A DNA stretch of 64,000 bases from Mytilus trossulus (GCF_036588685.1 NW_026963340.1:2790001-2854000); one strand, 5' to 3'; counted from the first letter of the stretch, positions 48,601 to 58,160 are shown. Made by a program: numbers and translations. Notes: generated by a model not told the origin, from the sequence alone.

Positions 48601-49428
48601 CAAAGCGACAACAACCCGACCATAGAGCAGACAACAGGGAAGTCCACCAATGGGTCTTCAATGTAATAAGAAACTCAAGCACCAGTAGGTGTCCTTCAGC
48701 AGGCCCCTAAACAAATATGCATACTAGTTCAGTAATAATGGATGTCATACTAAACTCCGAATTATACACAAGAAACTAAAATTAGAAATCATACCAGACT
48801 AACAAAGACCAGAGGCTCCTGACTTGTGACAGGCGCAAAATTGCAGCGGGTTAAACATGTTTTTTATGTTCATCACAAATTTATGGGAAATGGAGATTTC
48901 CCATTTCATTTATTGACTTCTATTGGTACTAAAAGAAGGGATAATGCCAATGCTGCTGACACTGAATAAACAAAGGAAGGGACGTATTACATAAATGAAC
49001 AAATCAAAATTGGTCTCATAGAACTATTTTGTGGACATAGATATTCTCTTTCAAGGTTTGGTAGACTGTTTTTGTGAAACAAGATTTAGTATGAACTAAT
49101 GTTAATTTTTACTAAAATTTGAACAAATAACATATAATTTTTAGCAATTTGCTTCATGAATGACTATTTGTAATAGCTGCAATTCATTTTATTTTCCTTT
49201 CTATAAAGAATTGATGTTTACAAAATTAAATAGACCTCTTACTTATGAATTGTTGCGTTTTTCTGATTTTAACATTGATATTTAGGTGACTGAATCATTT
49301 TTTATAACAAAAAAATGTCTTCTTATTTTCAGATTTATGTACGGAAGTTATCAGACAGTTCAAAGATAAAGATATATCTATCACAACTACAGAAAGGACG
49401 ATACATTTTACGGAGAAGACAAACATGA
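24692..49428 (+). CDS. SUDS3: Sin3 histone deacetylase corepressor complex component SDS3, 312 aa, 9 coding exons
   Basis: Exons 24692-24791, 40436-40502 (DTEDASETD), 42437-42584 ([21 protein letters not shown]), 43017-43076, 43553-43652, 45042-45152 ([13 protein letters not shown]), 47282-47453 ([13 protein letters not shown]), 48334-48418, 49333-49428 ([15 protein letters not shown]). Phases are consistent and total 939 nt. Confidence 0.93.
25051..25295 (-). repeat. 3' LTR
   Basis: Identical by eye to 34684-34928; near-perfect terminal inverted repeat TGTTGTGCCG/CGGCACCACA; ATTAAA signal on minus strand at 25106-11. Confidence 0.95.
25296..25310 (-). other. Polypurine tract
   Basis: CAAGAATGGGGCGGA on the minus strand immediately before the 3' LTR. 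Confidence 0.75.
25489..27252 (-). CDS. Retrotransposon ORF3: acidic N-terminus, two C2H2-like zinc fingers, C-terminal TatD-family metal-dependent nuclease (587 aa)
   Basis: TatD motifs in order: [48 protein letters not shown]. Finger-like CPVC..HMMKTH and CWEC..HTEEH. Intronless, lies between pol and the 3' LTR. Confidence 0.92.
   Translation of the reverse strand: MEEGSRSDQDVLSLSPHSEWHDTRSDCTDLDVADLMVIDEVGPDDSDAGAGTSPGALGPVEAHSSMTGMSQMSFSSQPCQEGESGETNESQSEGRVVVPSKNRLRKCPVCGIMSREKTRRHMMKTHLPWFWSGSTACWECSRQEVQASSLALRHTEEHRLGCFFDEEHLHLWCQLVTGCLHRIKSWFGCANLEDLLQYVIDRQLYEGVNSGFNDQEQQLLVYYAQNYSPDCLVHITANPPNHVISLTNWEIMASLLRRVGSAQQQSLMSPVEILTYEGSPILDIVPPLPEPFVFVDSHFHLDLVLKRLHFRTFLHMKSAISPKEHNNSFYYGIANYVFPDHWNDWALQVGPAQAVYVSFGIHPHVAAKGVTQKQLEELEFLLGNHKCVAVGEIGLDFTTRCDCKRCRTPQQCRQRMRECQEQAFMQMLEMAQRMKLPVILHCRDEGTGEAAARVLKLITENFPDLCYHRHCFAGNVEELRQWQSLPRVVFGITGKFIKDASNACNTDAISRILPHQLVLETDSPFLTPWSCCAVNHPWNLREVAVAVSERRNVPLSILNWTTNDNALKFYGIPKLRQDSASWGPRPR
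27254..27276 (-). promoter_or_regulatory. Putative splice acceptor for ORF3 subgenomic mRNA
   Basis: ttttcatttcttcttgttcCAG|aATG: polypyrimidine tract and CAG ending 1 nt before the ORF3 ATG. Confidence 0.65.
27389..31699 (-). CDS. pol: Pol polyprotein (protease, RT, RNase H, integrase), probably reached by -1 frameshift from gag
   Basis: PR IVDTAA..ILGLD; [41 protein letters not shown]; RH DTDAS..KELLAVV..TDHNSL; IN HHCC, DILGP..TDQG..VERYN, GPF. Frame is open up to the slippery site at 31699. Confidence 0.95.
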   Translation of the reverse strand, partial: FKCQRVEPVGQHSTLKSHGQGKIPPDKSEPRPTASSDIVIRRTIGKSLAVRGTVFQQNASMIVDTAAMITLVNEKLIPENIECSETVTLRGLGEQLVIGKIIRNTLLNIDGLEIRWDVCRAPLTDDVILGLDILDTLGAVINLSTPSLTVNNRVIPASFVTGSDDSASQQVCIKRTITVPPNSTMIFSIDTHRGSEQEFILEPCSLASGVLVSHVVGKGKSCPVTILNDGNRYIRIKKGTPIGHLEEIDSIMEETSEESENRTPDVRRGIVETQTQVPTAPGLSQEELFTLPSHLTDLYERSTKHVISQDDKLKLKKLLIEYQDVFAQHDLDLGCLTAVRHKIDTKDHAPVKHRMRRTPLGFQDLEQQHLDKMLQAGVIEPSSSEWASAPVLVRKKDGTVRWCIDYRALNDRTIKDCFPIPIIEDCLDSLQGTTTFCTLDLASGYYQIELEPEDRKKTAFITRYGLFEHTRMGMGLCNAPATFQRAMQLVLRGLTWTQVLVYLDDVVVLGRNFEDGLVNLRAAFERFRQYTLKLKPKKCQLFQPEVEFLGKLVSANGISVSPSKIEAVKKWPTPKSKKELMSYLGFVNYHRDHLHNYAEMTACLYDLAHQTGEAEWQQCHEKAFQQSKTALISAPCLTYPNPNDQFILDTDASDTTIGAVLSQIQDGKERVICYASHVLMKPQRRYCTTRKELLAVVKFCRHFRHYLLGRRFILRTDHNSLVWLMRFKHIEGQLARWLEELSSFDMEIIHRPGKKHLNADGLSRIRDDVTECDCYQAGLDPTTLPCHGCRYCMRAHDQWSRFGNDVDDVIPLATKSLMAAVRTVSVVPENEKDKSPDQEPPALAVDCEAHPSSSLDDTLPYADGNPCSNWAPEYPPEQLKIFQQEDPDLAPILTWMQQDADPTQAELRLRGKATRSLWLCRPCFLMFNDVLYYQFIGCPERQGLCLVVPTALKEEVLRNCHDTKVSGHLGQKKTLEKLKQSFLWYNMRKDCEDYVSTCAMCNQNKKAHVNPRAPLGQFHAGYPMERVHIDILGPFNTSKSGNNYVLMMVDQFTKWVEMASLPAQTAQMVAEKFIVHFIVTFGCPLEVHTDQGRNFDSDLFKTLCEALEIAKTRTTPYHPSSNGQVERYNTIVLAMIRCFIEKKCRHWDRDLPFLAMAMHSMVNRQTGFTPNQMMLGRETIQPIQLLLGIPQYGQNKMTPSTYVQKLVSRMQKTHEFARHNLRASQLRQKRDYDLRVVEHKYNPGDLVYKADSTTKVGQSRKLKSPWCGPFLVISSRPPLYTIRGRKRDSTVHHDKLKRCNDRDIPTWIKRLRHAMFREEGDFDESWDNLDDTIPYGVDFNVQSMFESDTQLLDNDTALQSLGDPSFAHIPITSELEQGPDLDLGENSSLGNDANEDNVDTGVSGTDGETRPSASLSSVQTSRYGRPIRCPTRYQTK
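31642..31699 (-). promoter_or_regulatory. -1 programmed ribosomal frameshift signal
   Basis: U UUA AAU in gag phase (31693-99), 6-nt spacer, stem GGGUCGAG/CUCGACUC, loop GGCCA able to pair with downstream UGGCC. Confidence 0.8.
31672..33996 (-). CDS. gag: Gag-like protein (774 aa): coiled coil, low-complexity linker, capsid domain, RS/SP-rich tail
   Basis: Capsid-like [16 protein letters not shown]...A...Y..L..AL..RF...[15 protein letters not shown]; first ORF after the 5' LTR. Confidence 0.9.
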   Translation of the reverse strand: MAGIGDENELKENIETEELIQDDIFTKENIADTTLTEPAENTKMSLEQLYQEFQADRKANAIRAVETESRVKQSEDRIEQIFHGLLNIQSEQKEATKISTENIVAISQQVQRSDQRIDKKIDANGKRLEELTSDKFNALGRRLDKMAAANDEASTVQFKSAFEHPGSFQQMASSVSDLINKRNKEVKLPSMDTPVKQKSEASPYIASTPLLQNKPPAFSLSPIMSIDETTQPESKAGTTPVSSDKGNVLGPPALHNTLLFQQIQGKGMPESVGSDQEIYHMQGSLPLLSDKGSVPGPSALHGTNSGMVTQHPFKGIEGVSTEYKPQHNTTPATATFAPSYVGTPYVSQGINVSTPLHVAPATSSESYAASLVQSRPALYPHIGSMIQQPPPAFMTPVMTTVASTGPSPMQIDTSRSSRSRTKKKKERSHSSSSDSSLDRECSRWQENSGARDRSRSPQLPKMQVFTGRGFLTWEAFIYQFERTAGRRQWENRKKVCRLLDCLADVALEYARKVNIDDDYKTLRKALKQRFSKKDEPVSARRQLQYVRQQDSETLEEFAERVHFVAMDGYDKCDNSVIDQIGTEAFLRGCKDKEAARHVIERNPESINKALKIMKTSIANQKAIYGSRSPNFAHRQVSFADSAGKSQDTESASTVNSPLEKEVRNLTQLVTKLTEVMLSSDQHTRGRSPERYTPPTYNAYRSPTPPPNQSSYSPQQRSYSPQQRSFSPQRQRSPSPRPNSRNQGYFKQRSPSPGDRAYPNSTPTTESLNANGSSR
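34665..34682 (-). other. Primer binding site (tRNA not assigned)
   Basis: TGGCGTCGTACGACAAAG starts 1 nt after the 5' LTR; TGG is complementary to a tRNA CCA end. Confidence 0.7.
34684..34928 (-). repeat. 5' LTR
   Basis: Identical to the 3' LTR; contains GTGACGTCAC (34851-60), GGGAAGTCTCCC (34838-49), GCGGAAGT (34826-33). Confidence 0.95.
39530..40146 (+). repeat. Dispersed ~600-bp repeat, uninterrupted copy
   Basis: Matches 11180-11624 + 12743-12891; end fragments also at ~13750-13845, 48575-48862, 49566-49762 (-) and 63200-63450. Confidence 0.8.
41165..41600 (+). repeat. Dispersed repeat (aagatgtggt..gccaatgagacaact family)
   Basis: Related copies at ~15020-15305 (-), 57545-57675 (+), 63900-64000 (-). 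Confidence 0.6.
41881..42303 (+). mobile_element. Helentron-associated non-autonomous element (HINE/DINE-like)
   Basis: tttatgcccc...ggggcat 5' hairpin, (gtcc)-like microsatellite, two internal ~150-bp repeats, ggggcat...acacattcttgtt end, T-rich flanks; second copy at 58999-59229. Confidence 0.65.
43660..44512. repeat. 55-bp minisatellite, ~15 copies, in SUDS3 intron 5
   Basis: Unit aaatctacagtgaaaactcagttatactgaagattatgtttgcataaaactgtta; period 55 (43921, 43976, 44031). Confidence 0.92.
45153..47281 (+). other. U12-type AT-AC minor intron of SUDS3
   Basis: 5' site ATATCCTTTT; branch TTTTCTTAAC (to 47272); AC at 47280-81; splicing restores the frame SP-V-QIDFYL. Confidence 0.92.
45268..47068. 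mobile_element. Non-autonomous TIR DNA transposon with 6-bp flanking duplication
   Basis: TIR CATACCTGCCAACTT / AAGTTGGCAGGTATG; TTAATT on both sides; no transposase ORF. Confidence 0.75.
48051..48260. mobile_element. MITE with CTGTGGATTCATT TIRs, TA flanks
   Basis: ctgtggattcatt ... aatgaatccacag; same family as 16729-16935. Confidence 0.75.
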
Positions 49429-50850
49429 CCTAGTTTTATATAGAACTGTAGAATCTCATTGTAATCATAATCATTTCATACTAAATTCATATCAATTATT
49501 TCACTCTTTTGTTTTTCCATCAGCAGCGATAGATGGATGTATACTTAAATTTCACTAAAGTGTACTTAAAATTTGAGAATGGAAATGGGGAATGTGTCAA
49601 AGAGACAACAACCCGACCAAAGAAAAAAACAACAGCAGAAGGTCACCAACAGGTCTTCAATGTAGCTAAAAATTCTCGCACCCAGAGGCATCCTTCAACT
49701 GGCCCCTAAACAAATATATACTAGTTCAGTGATAATGAACGCCATACTAATTTCCAAATTGTGCATTTATCATAAAATTGCTTAAGCAATGAACAAAAGT
49801 TTAAGTTTAAAAAGAAGTTAAAGATACCAAAGTGACATTCGAGTCCAAAACAGTCTAACACGTTGTCATGGCAAAAAAAGAAAAGAATGTCATGAAACTT
49901 ATAATCAATACTCATTGCAAGAATACACTGATCAAGTTTGAATTTTGGTGGCGTCTCTTTAACTGTTCTAATTTTTATCTACTGAAAATTCAGAAATTAT
50001 TGCGAGGTTTTTATTATTGCCAATAATGCGACTGAGTTGTATTAAAACGCAATAATTAAAACTCGCATTTTGTAATATTTTAATTGAATTAAGCATGACT
50101 TTTCTCAAAATCGTAATAATTAAAATCGCATTCAAGTGTAAAATGACAAAAAAAATTGCTTAAAAACATGTATATAGAAAACTAAATTTTAAGCAACCCA
50201 ATCTGTGTTAAAAATTGTGATATCAGTTGGTCTCTAAAAGTAATCTGATTCAGCCTGACTAGTGCACCAGCAAATAAAAGTAGTAGATACTTTATATCTA
50301 TGTAAGATGCCTGTCTCACACAGATCATAAAATAAATCCACCAATAAAAACTAGCCGCTACAGAATAGCCCAAAAGTGGTGCTTATAAGTGGCGTTAAAA
50401 CATAAAATTTTAAAAAAAATACAAAAATCAATGATTATTGAATGTTACCGCCATAAAAAAGGACAAAATAAGATTTAGAAGGAAATGGGGAATGTGTCAA
50501 AGAGTCAACCACCCGACCATAGAACAACAGCCAAAGGCCAGCAATTGGATTGATACATCTTTCCTTAATTTAAGAATACCATGGAGATATCATACTCAAT
50601 AATGATTTAGGTACCTGTATTTTACTTGATTTGTACTTGAAATTTAAGTGCTACAGATTTTTTGTTGCATGGTTACATTTTCAGCATTTTGGATGTTTGT
50701 CTTTTTCAAATCTCATAAAGTTATGAGGTTCAAACATGGCATCCTGTGATCATTGTTGGTATCATTTTTGCACCAATATTTTAAGTACAAATCTAGGAAC
50801 TGGAAAATACAAGTACCTAAATATTACAATAATTTCTAAAGTAAAGTGTC

Positions 50851-53800
50851 GCTCATATCAAATTAGTTGTTAACCCAAACAAGTGCAAAGTTGACGGGCA
50901 TTAAGAATACAAAATTCCAAAAAGTTGTGCTAAAAAAACCAGCTAAGGTAGCCTAATCCTGGGACAAGAAAATCCTTATTTTTTCGAAAAAAATCAAAGT
51001 TTTGTAAACAGGAAATTTATAAAAATGACCTCATAATTGATATTCATGTCAACGCCGAAGTGCTGACTACTTGGCTGGTGATACCCTCGGAGACAAAACG
51101 TGCACCAGCAGTGGCATCGACCCAGTGGTGTAAATAGTTATCAAAAATACCAGGATTATAATTTAGTGCCCTAGACGCCCGTTTCGTTTACATAACACTC
51201 ATCAGTGACGCTCATATCAAAATAGTTATAAAGCCAAACAAGTACAAAGTTGGAGAGCATTGGGGATCCAAAATTCAAAAAATTGGTGCAAAATACGGCT
51301 AACTTACAGGTGATCTATTCCTGGGACAAGAAAATCCTTAGTTTTTCCGAAAAAAATCCAAGTTTTTTAAACAGGAAACTTATAAAAATGACCGCATAAT
51401 TGACATTCATGTCAACACTGGAGGGCTGACTACTTGGCTGGTGATACCCATGGGGACGAAACGTGCACCAGCAGTGGCAACGACCCAGTGGTGTAAATAG
51501 TTATCAAAAATACCAGGACTATAATTTTGTATGCCAGACGCGCATTTCGTCTACATAAGACTCATCATTGACTCTCATATCAAAATAGTTATAAAGCCAA
51601 ACAAGTTCAAAGTTGAAGAGCATTGAGGATCCAAAATTCCAAAAAGTTGTGCAAAATACGGCTCTGGTAATCTATTCCTTTGACAAGAAAATCCTTATTT
51701 GTTCCGAAAAATTTCAAGTTTTGTTAACAGCAAACTTATAAAAATGACCGCATAATTGACATCCATGTCAATACTGAAGTGCTGACTAATGGGCTGGTGA
51801 TAGGAGACGAAACGTCAACCAGCAGTGGCAACAACCCAGTGGTGTAAGTAGTTATCAAAGGTTCCAGGATTATAATTTAGTACGCCAGACGCACGTTTCG
51901 GCTACATAAGACTCATCAGTGACGCTCATATCAAAATAGTTATCAAGCCAAACAAGAACAAAGTTGAACAGCACTGAGGATAAAAAATTCAAAAAAGATG
52001 TGCGAAATACGGCTAAGGTATTCTATTTTTTGGACAAGGAAATCCTTATTTTTCCTGAAAAATTTAAAGTGTTGTTAACAGGAAACTTATATAAATGACC
52101 GCATAGTTGACATTCATGTCAATACTGAAGTGTTGACTACTGGGCAGGTGATACCCTTGGGGACGAAACGGCCACCAGCAGTGGCATCGAACCAGTGGTG
52201 TAAGTAGTTATAAAAAACAGAATTATAGTTTTTTACGCTAGACGCGCGTTTCGTCTACATAAGACTCATTATTGACTCTTTTATCAAAATAGTTAAAAAG
52301 CCAAACAAGTACAAAGTTGAAGAGCACTGAGGATCAAAACTCAAAAAAAGTTGTGCAAAATACGGCTAAGGTAATCTATTCTTGGGATAAGAATATCCTT
52401 AGTTTTTCTGAAAAATTCAAAGTTTTGTAAACAGGAAACTTATAAAAATGACCGCATAATTGACATTCATGTCAATACTAATCATGAAGTGCTGACTACC
52501 GGGCTGGTGATAGGAGACGAAATGACCACCAGCAGTGGCAACAACCCAGTGGTGTAAGTAGTTATCAAAGGTTCCAGGATTATAATTTAGTACGCCAGAC
52601 GCGTGTTTCGTCTACATGAGACTCATCACTGACGCTCATATCAAATAGTTATAATGCCTAACAAGTACAAAGTTGAAGAGCATTGAGGATCCAAAATCCA
52701 AAAAAGTTGTGCAAAATACGACTCAGGTAATCTTTTCCTGGGACAAGAAAATCCTTATTTTTTCCGAAAAATTCAAAGTTTTGTTAACAGGAAACTTATA
52801 AAAATGACCGCATACTAGTAATTGACATTCGAAGTGTTGACTACTTTGCCGGTGATACCCTCGAGGACGAAACGTGCACCAGCAGTGGCATCGCCCCAGT
52901 GGTGTAAATAGTTATCAAAAATACTAGGACTATAATTTAGTACGCCAGAAGCGCATTTCGTTTACATAAGACTCATCATTGACTCTCATATCAAAAAAGT
53001 TATAAAGCCAAACAAGAACAAAGTTGAAGAGCACTGAGGATCAAAAATTTAAAAAAGTTGTGCAAAATACGGCTATGGTATTCTATTTTTTGGACAAGGA
53101 AATCCTTATTTTTCCTGAAAAATTTAAAGTTTTGTTAACAGGAAACTTATATAAATGACCGCATAATTGACATTCATGTCAATACTGAAGTGTTGACTAT
53201 TGGGATGGTGATACTCTTGGGGACGAAACGGCCACCAGCAGTGGCATCGAACCAGTGGTGTAAGTAGTAATAAAAAAACAGAATTATAGTTTTGTACGCT
53301 AGACGCGTGTTTCGTCTACATGAGACTCATCACTGACGCTCATATCAAATAGTTATAAAGCCAAACAAGAACAAAGCTGAAGAGCACTGAGGATCAAAAA
53401 TTTAAAAAAGTTGTGCAAAATACGGCTAGGGTATTCTATTTTTTGGACAAGGAAATCCTTATTTTTCCTGAAAATTTTAAAGTTTTGTTAACAGGAAACT
53501 TATATAAATGACCGCATAATTGACATTCATGTCAATACTGAAGTGTTGACTATTGGGATGGTGATACCCTTGGGGACGAAACGGCCACCAGCAGTGGCAT
53601 CGAACCAGTGGTGTAAGTAGTAATAAAAAAACAGAATTATAGTTTTGTACGCTAGACGCGTGTTTCGTCTACATGAGACTCGATCATCATTGACGCTCAT
53701 ATCAAATAGTTATAATGCCAAACAAGTACAAAGTTGAAGAGCATTTAGGATCCAATATCCAAAAAAGTTGTGAAAAATACGACTCAGGTAATCTTTTCCT

Positions 53801-54465
53801 GGGACAAGAAAATCCTTATTTTTTCCGAAAACTTCAAAGTTAACAGGAAACTTATAAAAATGACCGCATACTAGTAATTGACATTCGAAGTGTTGACTAC
53901 TTTGCCGGTGATACCCTCGAGGACGAAACGTGCACCAGCAGTGGCATCGACCCAGTGGTGAAAAATAGTTATCAAAAATACTAGGACTATAATTTAGTAC
54001 GCCAGACGCGCGTTTCGTCTACACCAGACTCATCATTGACGCTCATATCAAAATAGTTATAAAGCCAATTAAACAAGTACAAAGTTGAAGAGCATTGAGG
54101 AACCAAAACTCCAAAAAGTTGTGCCGAATACGCTAAGGTAATCCATGCCTTGGGTAAGAAAATTGTTTGTTTTTCGAAAAATTCAAAGTTTTGAAAACAG
54201 GAAATTTATAAAAATGACCACATTATTGATATTGGAGTCAACACCGAAATGTTGATACCCTCGGGGACGAAACGTCCACCAGCAGTGACATCGACCCAGA
54301 GGTGTAAATAGTTATCAAAGGTACCAGGTTTATAATTAAGTACGCAAGACGCGTGTTTTGTCTTCATAAGACTCATCAGTGATGCTCATATCAAAATATT
54401 TATAAAGCCAAACAAGTACAAAGTTGAAGAGCATTGAGGGTCCAAAAACTCCAAAAAAATTGTGC
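50851..54465 (-). repeat. Tandem array of ~350-360-bp units (~10 copies), each with a type I hammerhead motif (non-LTR retrozyme-like)
   Basis: Units start at about 50851, 51210, 51573, 51924, 52277, 52634, 52983, 53338, 53695, 54041, 54384; minus-strand consensus cgtcaCTGATGAgtcttatgtagacGAAAcgcgcGTCtggcg. Confidence 0.88.
51883..51924 (-). ncRNA. Type I minimal hammerhead ribozyme (best-preserved copy)
   Basis: Stem I CGUCA/UGGCG, CUGAUGA box, short stem II (one mismatch in this copy), GAAA box, near-palindromic stem III, GUC cleavage triplet. Confidence 0.75.
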
Positions 54466-54561
54466 ATGCACTTATAAACAATACAATAGAATATTACAAG
54501 CTAATAGTTAAGAAAGATACCAGGCTTATCTTTTAATAAACGCTACAAAGAGAGACTTATT

Positions 54562-55728
54562 GACTTTTCTACTCTTTACACAAGTATTCCATATTCCAAA
54601 CTAAAAGATAAATAGAAAGGTTTGGTATTGCTTTGCTTCATAAAAAAAATGGCCAACGTAGATGCAAGTATCTTGTCTTAGGGAGAGATAAATCCTACTT
54701 TGTTAAGGATCACTCTGATTCAAACAAAACATTCTCTGAAACTGATATTATCAAGATGCTTGCTTTCTTGATTGACAACATATTTGTTACTTTCAGAGGA
54801 CGTGTTTTTCAACAGACTGTCGACATTCCAATGGGAACAAACTGTGCCCCTCTACTTGCCGACTTGTTTCTATATTATTATGAGGCTGACTTCATACAGG
54901 AACTTCTTAGGAAGAAAGATAAGAAGATAGTGCTCAATATCCTTTAACTCTACTTTCCGCTATAGAGATGATGTTCTTTCACTAAATAATTCAAAATTTG
55001 GTGACTATGCGGAACGCATATATCCCATAAAACTAGAGATAAAGGATACTACATATACAGTAAGGTCGGCCTCATATCTTGACTTACATCTAGAAATTGA
55101 CAATGAGGGTCGGTTGAAAACAAAACTTTTTGACAAAAGAGATGATTTCAACTTTCTATTTCTAAGAAGCAACATTCCAGTAGCACCTGCATACGGGGTA
55201 TATATCTCCCAATTGATACGATATTCCCGTGCTTGCATTTCCTATCATGATTTTCTTGAAGAGGGTTGCTGCTCACAAGGAATCTATTAAACCAAGAGTT
55301 CCAATGGTGAAGTTGAAATCATCCCTTCGTAAATTTTACGGACGCCATCACGAGTTGGTTGACCGGTCGTTATGGAATAACCGTTTCACAAATGATATCG
55401 TATATGTTCCTTATACGTCGTAACTACAATCCCCTTCCCTTTCATGAATGTGACCTACCGAATTAGACTATCTACCAGATTTGTTATCACATAAGCAACA
55501 CGATGGGTGCCACATGTGGAGCAGGATCTGCTTACCCTTCCGGAGCACCTGAGATCACCCCTAGTTTTTTGGTGGGTTTCGTGTTGTTTATTCTTTACTT
55601 TTCTATGTTGTGTCATGTGTTCTATTGTTTGTCTGTTTGTCTTTTTTTTAATTTTTAGCCATGGCTTTGTCAGTTTAATTTAGATTTATGAGTTTGACTG
55701 TCCCTTTGGTATCTTTCGTCCCTCTTTT
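54562..55728 (+). mobile_element. Degenerate, 5'-truncated Penelope-like retroelement (RT relic plus 3' tail)
   Basis: DFSTLYTSIP, IPMGTNCAPLLADLFLYYYE, FRYRDDVL, SYLDL, KRDDFNF, NIPVAPAYGVYISQLIRY across stops and frameshifts. Confidence 0.8.
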
Positions 55729-57349
55729 ATTATTACGGACTATATTATTCAGTGATCCTCACAAAGCCGATGTTTTTCTGAGCCGTTCGCTTTTCATTAC
55801 ACCATGTACAAATGTATATAAATCCTGATTTGCTAAATAATGAGTGATTCGTTTATTAATGAAAGCACTATACAGTTTACTTATACACATATGTACACTA
55901 CATCAGACCAACAACTCTGTATTCATATTTAAAAAAATAAGATCTTATCTCATATAGTTTTCTTTAAAATATATCGTATAACCTTCAGATGCTATCTTAT
56001 AACGTATATGAAACATCTTATAAATTTATAAGATATCATTGGAAACCAGATTTTATATAAGATATCTTGAACTGATTTTTTTTTTAGTAAAACGGCTGCC
56101 ATAAGATAGAGTCTCTTTAGAGAAGCTCGATGCCTAAATATTTGAACATTGAAAAGAACCTATCAAAATATCGGACAGATCCTTCGAAACAAAAGACGTG
56201 TGCAAGTGTGTCCTTTTTGTAAGAGGTTGCATTTTGTATTAGGTACTACCTTTCTATTTGCATAATGTACACATGCATTTATTTCATTGGTGCGTATTCA
56301 GTCATTCTCAAACCCGAATTCTGCATTAATAAATTCATGTTGTATCTTTTGTGTATTATGCCAAAACAGTTTCATAATATTGGTACGGTAAACGCAGTTT
56401 TTAGGATTTTAATTCTGTGTGAATTTGGTACAAATATTTACTTTTAAATTTGACGTATATTCTTCATTAATAAGCCATGTCAGTCACTTCCTAGGACAGA
56501 ATTTGATTTTCAATTATAGTTTACAAAATGACATCTCATATTTATTACACATTAGATACGGTGAATTTATTTTAAAGATGCGAGAACTTTAAAACTGCTT
56601 TAGAGCAGAGAATAGATTTAAATATTTTCACCTTATTGAGTTACATTGTGATAAAGAAAGTATTCATTCATCTTATACGCTGTCGCAACCACACAAATAA
56701 CACCACTTTGGACCAAGTTTTTTAAAATAAAGTATGCTACAAATGAATGCAGAGTGTACAGATAACCGTTTATTTTAGGGGGCGATACTTAGAATTCAAG
56801 GCCAAAAATAAAAATAATAAGTCTTGCTAATATAAGTCAAGTTTATAATTAGTCATTCAGACCATAACTTCATTAAGAAACTGAAAATCGAAGTCATTTT
56901 TGTGGTTTTCATTTGAAAGATTTGTCTTTTTTCAGTTTTGTGGATTAAAAATGTGTGTTTGACATGCCAAAAATCAGAATTAAGGAATTTTTCGGTTTTC
57001 ACAGAATTTGGCGATTTTCACTTCATTAATTTTGTGTTTAAAGTTTTTAGCTCATTTCAATTACATATATACTTTTTTTTTATATAGATATAATTTAATG
57101 GGGTGGTGCATTTCATTAGTTGTTGAGAATATATATTAGGTAATGGTCTGTCACTGAATAATTTTATGTGATAATATCAATCCGATTGTGGGAATGCAGG
57201 ATACAGTTACGTCCGTTTGTTGTTGCATGCACATAGGATTCAACAACATTTACGGTTAAAAATTTACATTTACGATTGCAGAAAATAAGACTTTAAATTT
57301 TCCAAAGTGAACTTTAGGAATAAATGAGCACGCAGGTAATCCCACAGAC

Positions 57350-58160
57350 TAAACTATATTAGTTGATAAGGATGAGATTTTGGCGAACCATAAGTCCTTT
57401 GGGGCTTCAATGACAATTACATTGAACAACACATCGGAGGAGTTACCTTTTTGTATTGGATACCTATAAAGCTCAACAAAATTCCATACAAACAACGGTA
57501 CATTGCCGGCTCATCTGCATGTTCGATATAAAGTAATTATAAAAAAAGAAGATGTGATATGATTACCAATGAGACAACTATCCACAAAAGACAAAAATGA
57601 CACAAACATTAACACATATAGGTCACCGTATGGCCTTCAACAATGAGCAAAGCCCATACCGCATAGTCAGCTATGTCAAATGTCCATTTGATTGACAAAA
57701 ATACTGTCCGCAATGAAAGAGGGTTTTCAGATATACTGTGAATCTGTTTACTCGTGTTGTGGTTCAGTTTAACCATATGTGTATTCTAAAAAAAATCCTT
57801 TAAAGAACGTCTGGAGAATCGTAAATTTCGATCTTTTCTGACATTATTTCTATCAAGACTTTAGGTTTTCCAATCCTATATACCAGCATTCCCCTTGTAA
57901 AATTGAAAGTTGGTCTAAAGAAATAATCCACAACGCTTTTCAACATAAAAATGGTGGCATATATATACGCTGCTATAAATTTGTTACTTTGGCATACCAT
58001 ATGGCATATTTTGTTAAAGGTGAACAAAAAGGTAAAACTTGCTACACATGCAGAGGAACAAGTGATCAGTATGCTGGAGTTTTTTTTATTTACAACATTT
58101 TTGTTGAATTTGGAGGTAGACTCTTCAACAAATTTGTCAGCATGCCTCCTACTAGAGGGC
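57350..58160 (+). mobile_element. Older Penelope-like RT relic interrupted by another repeat
   Basis: PYKQRYIAGSSACS, LYTSIP, EEQVISMLEF, IFVEFGGRLF fragments; foreign repeat at 57545-57675. Confidence 0.6.

Noticed and set aside
56270-56690. Diverged copy of the 11625-12742 element
   Set aside because: Only patchy similarity and no termini found
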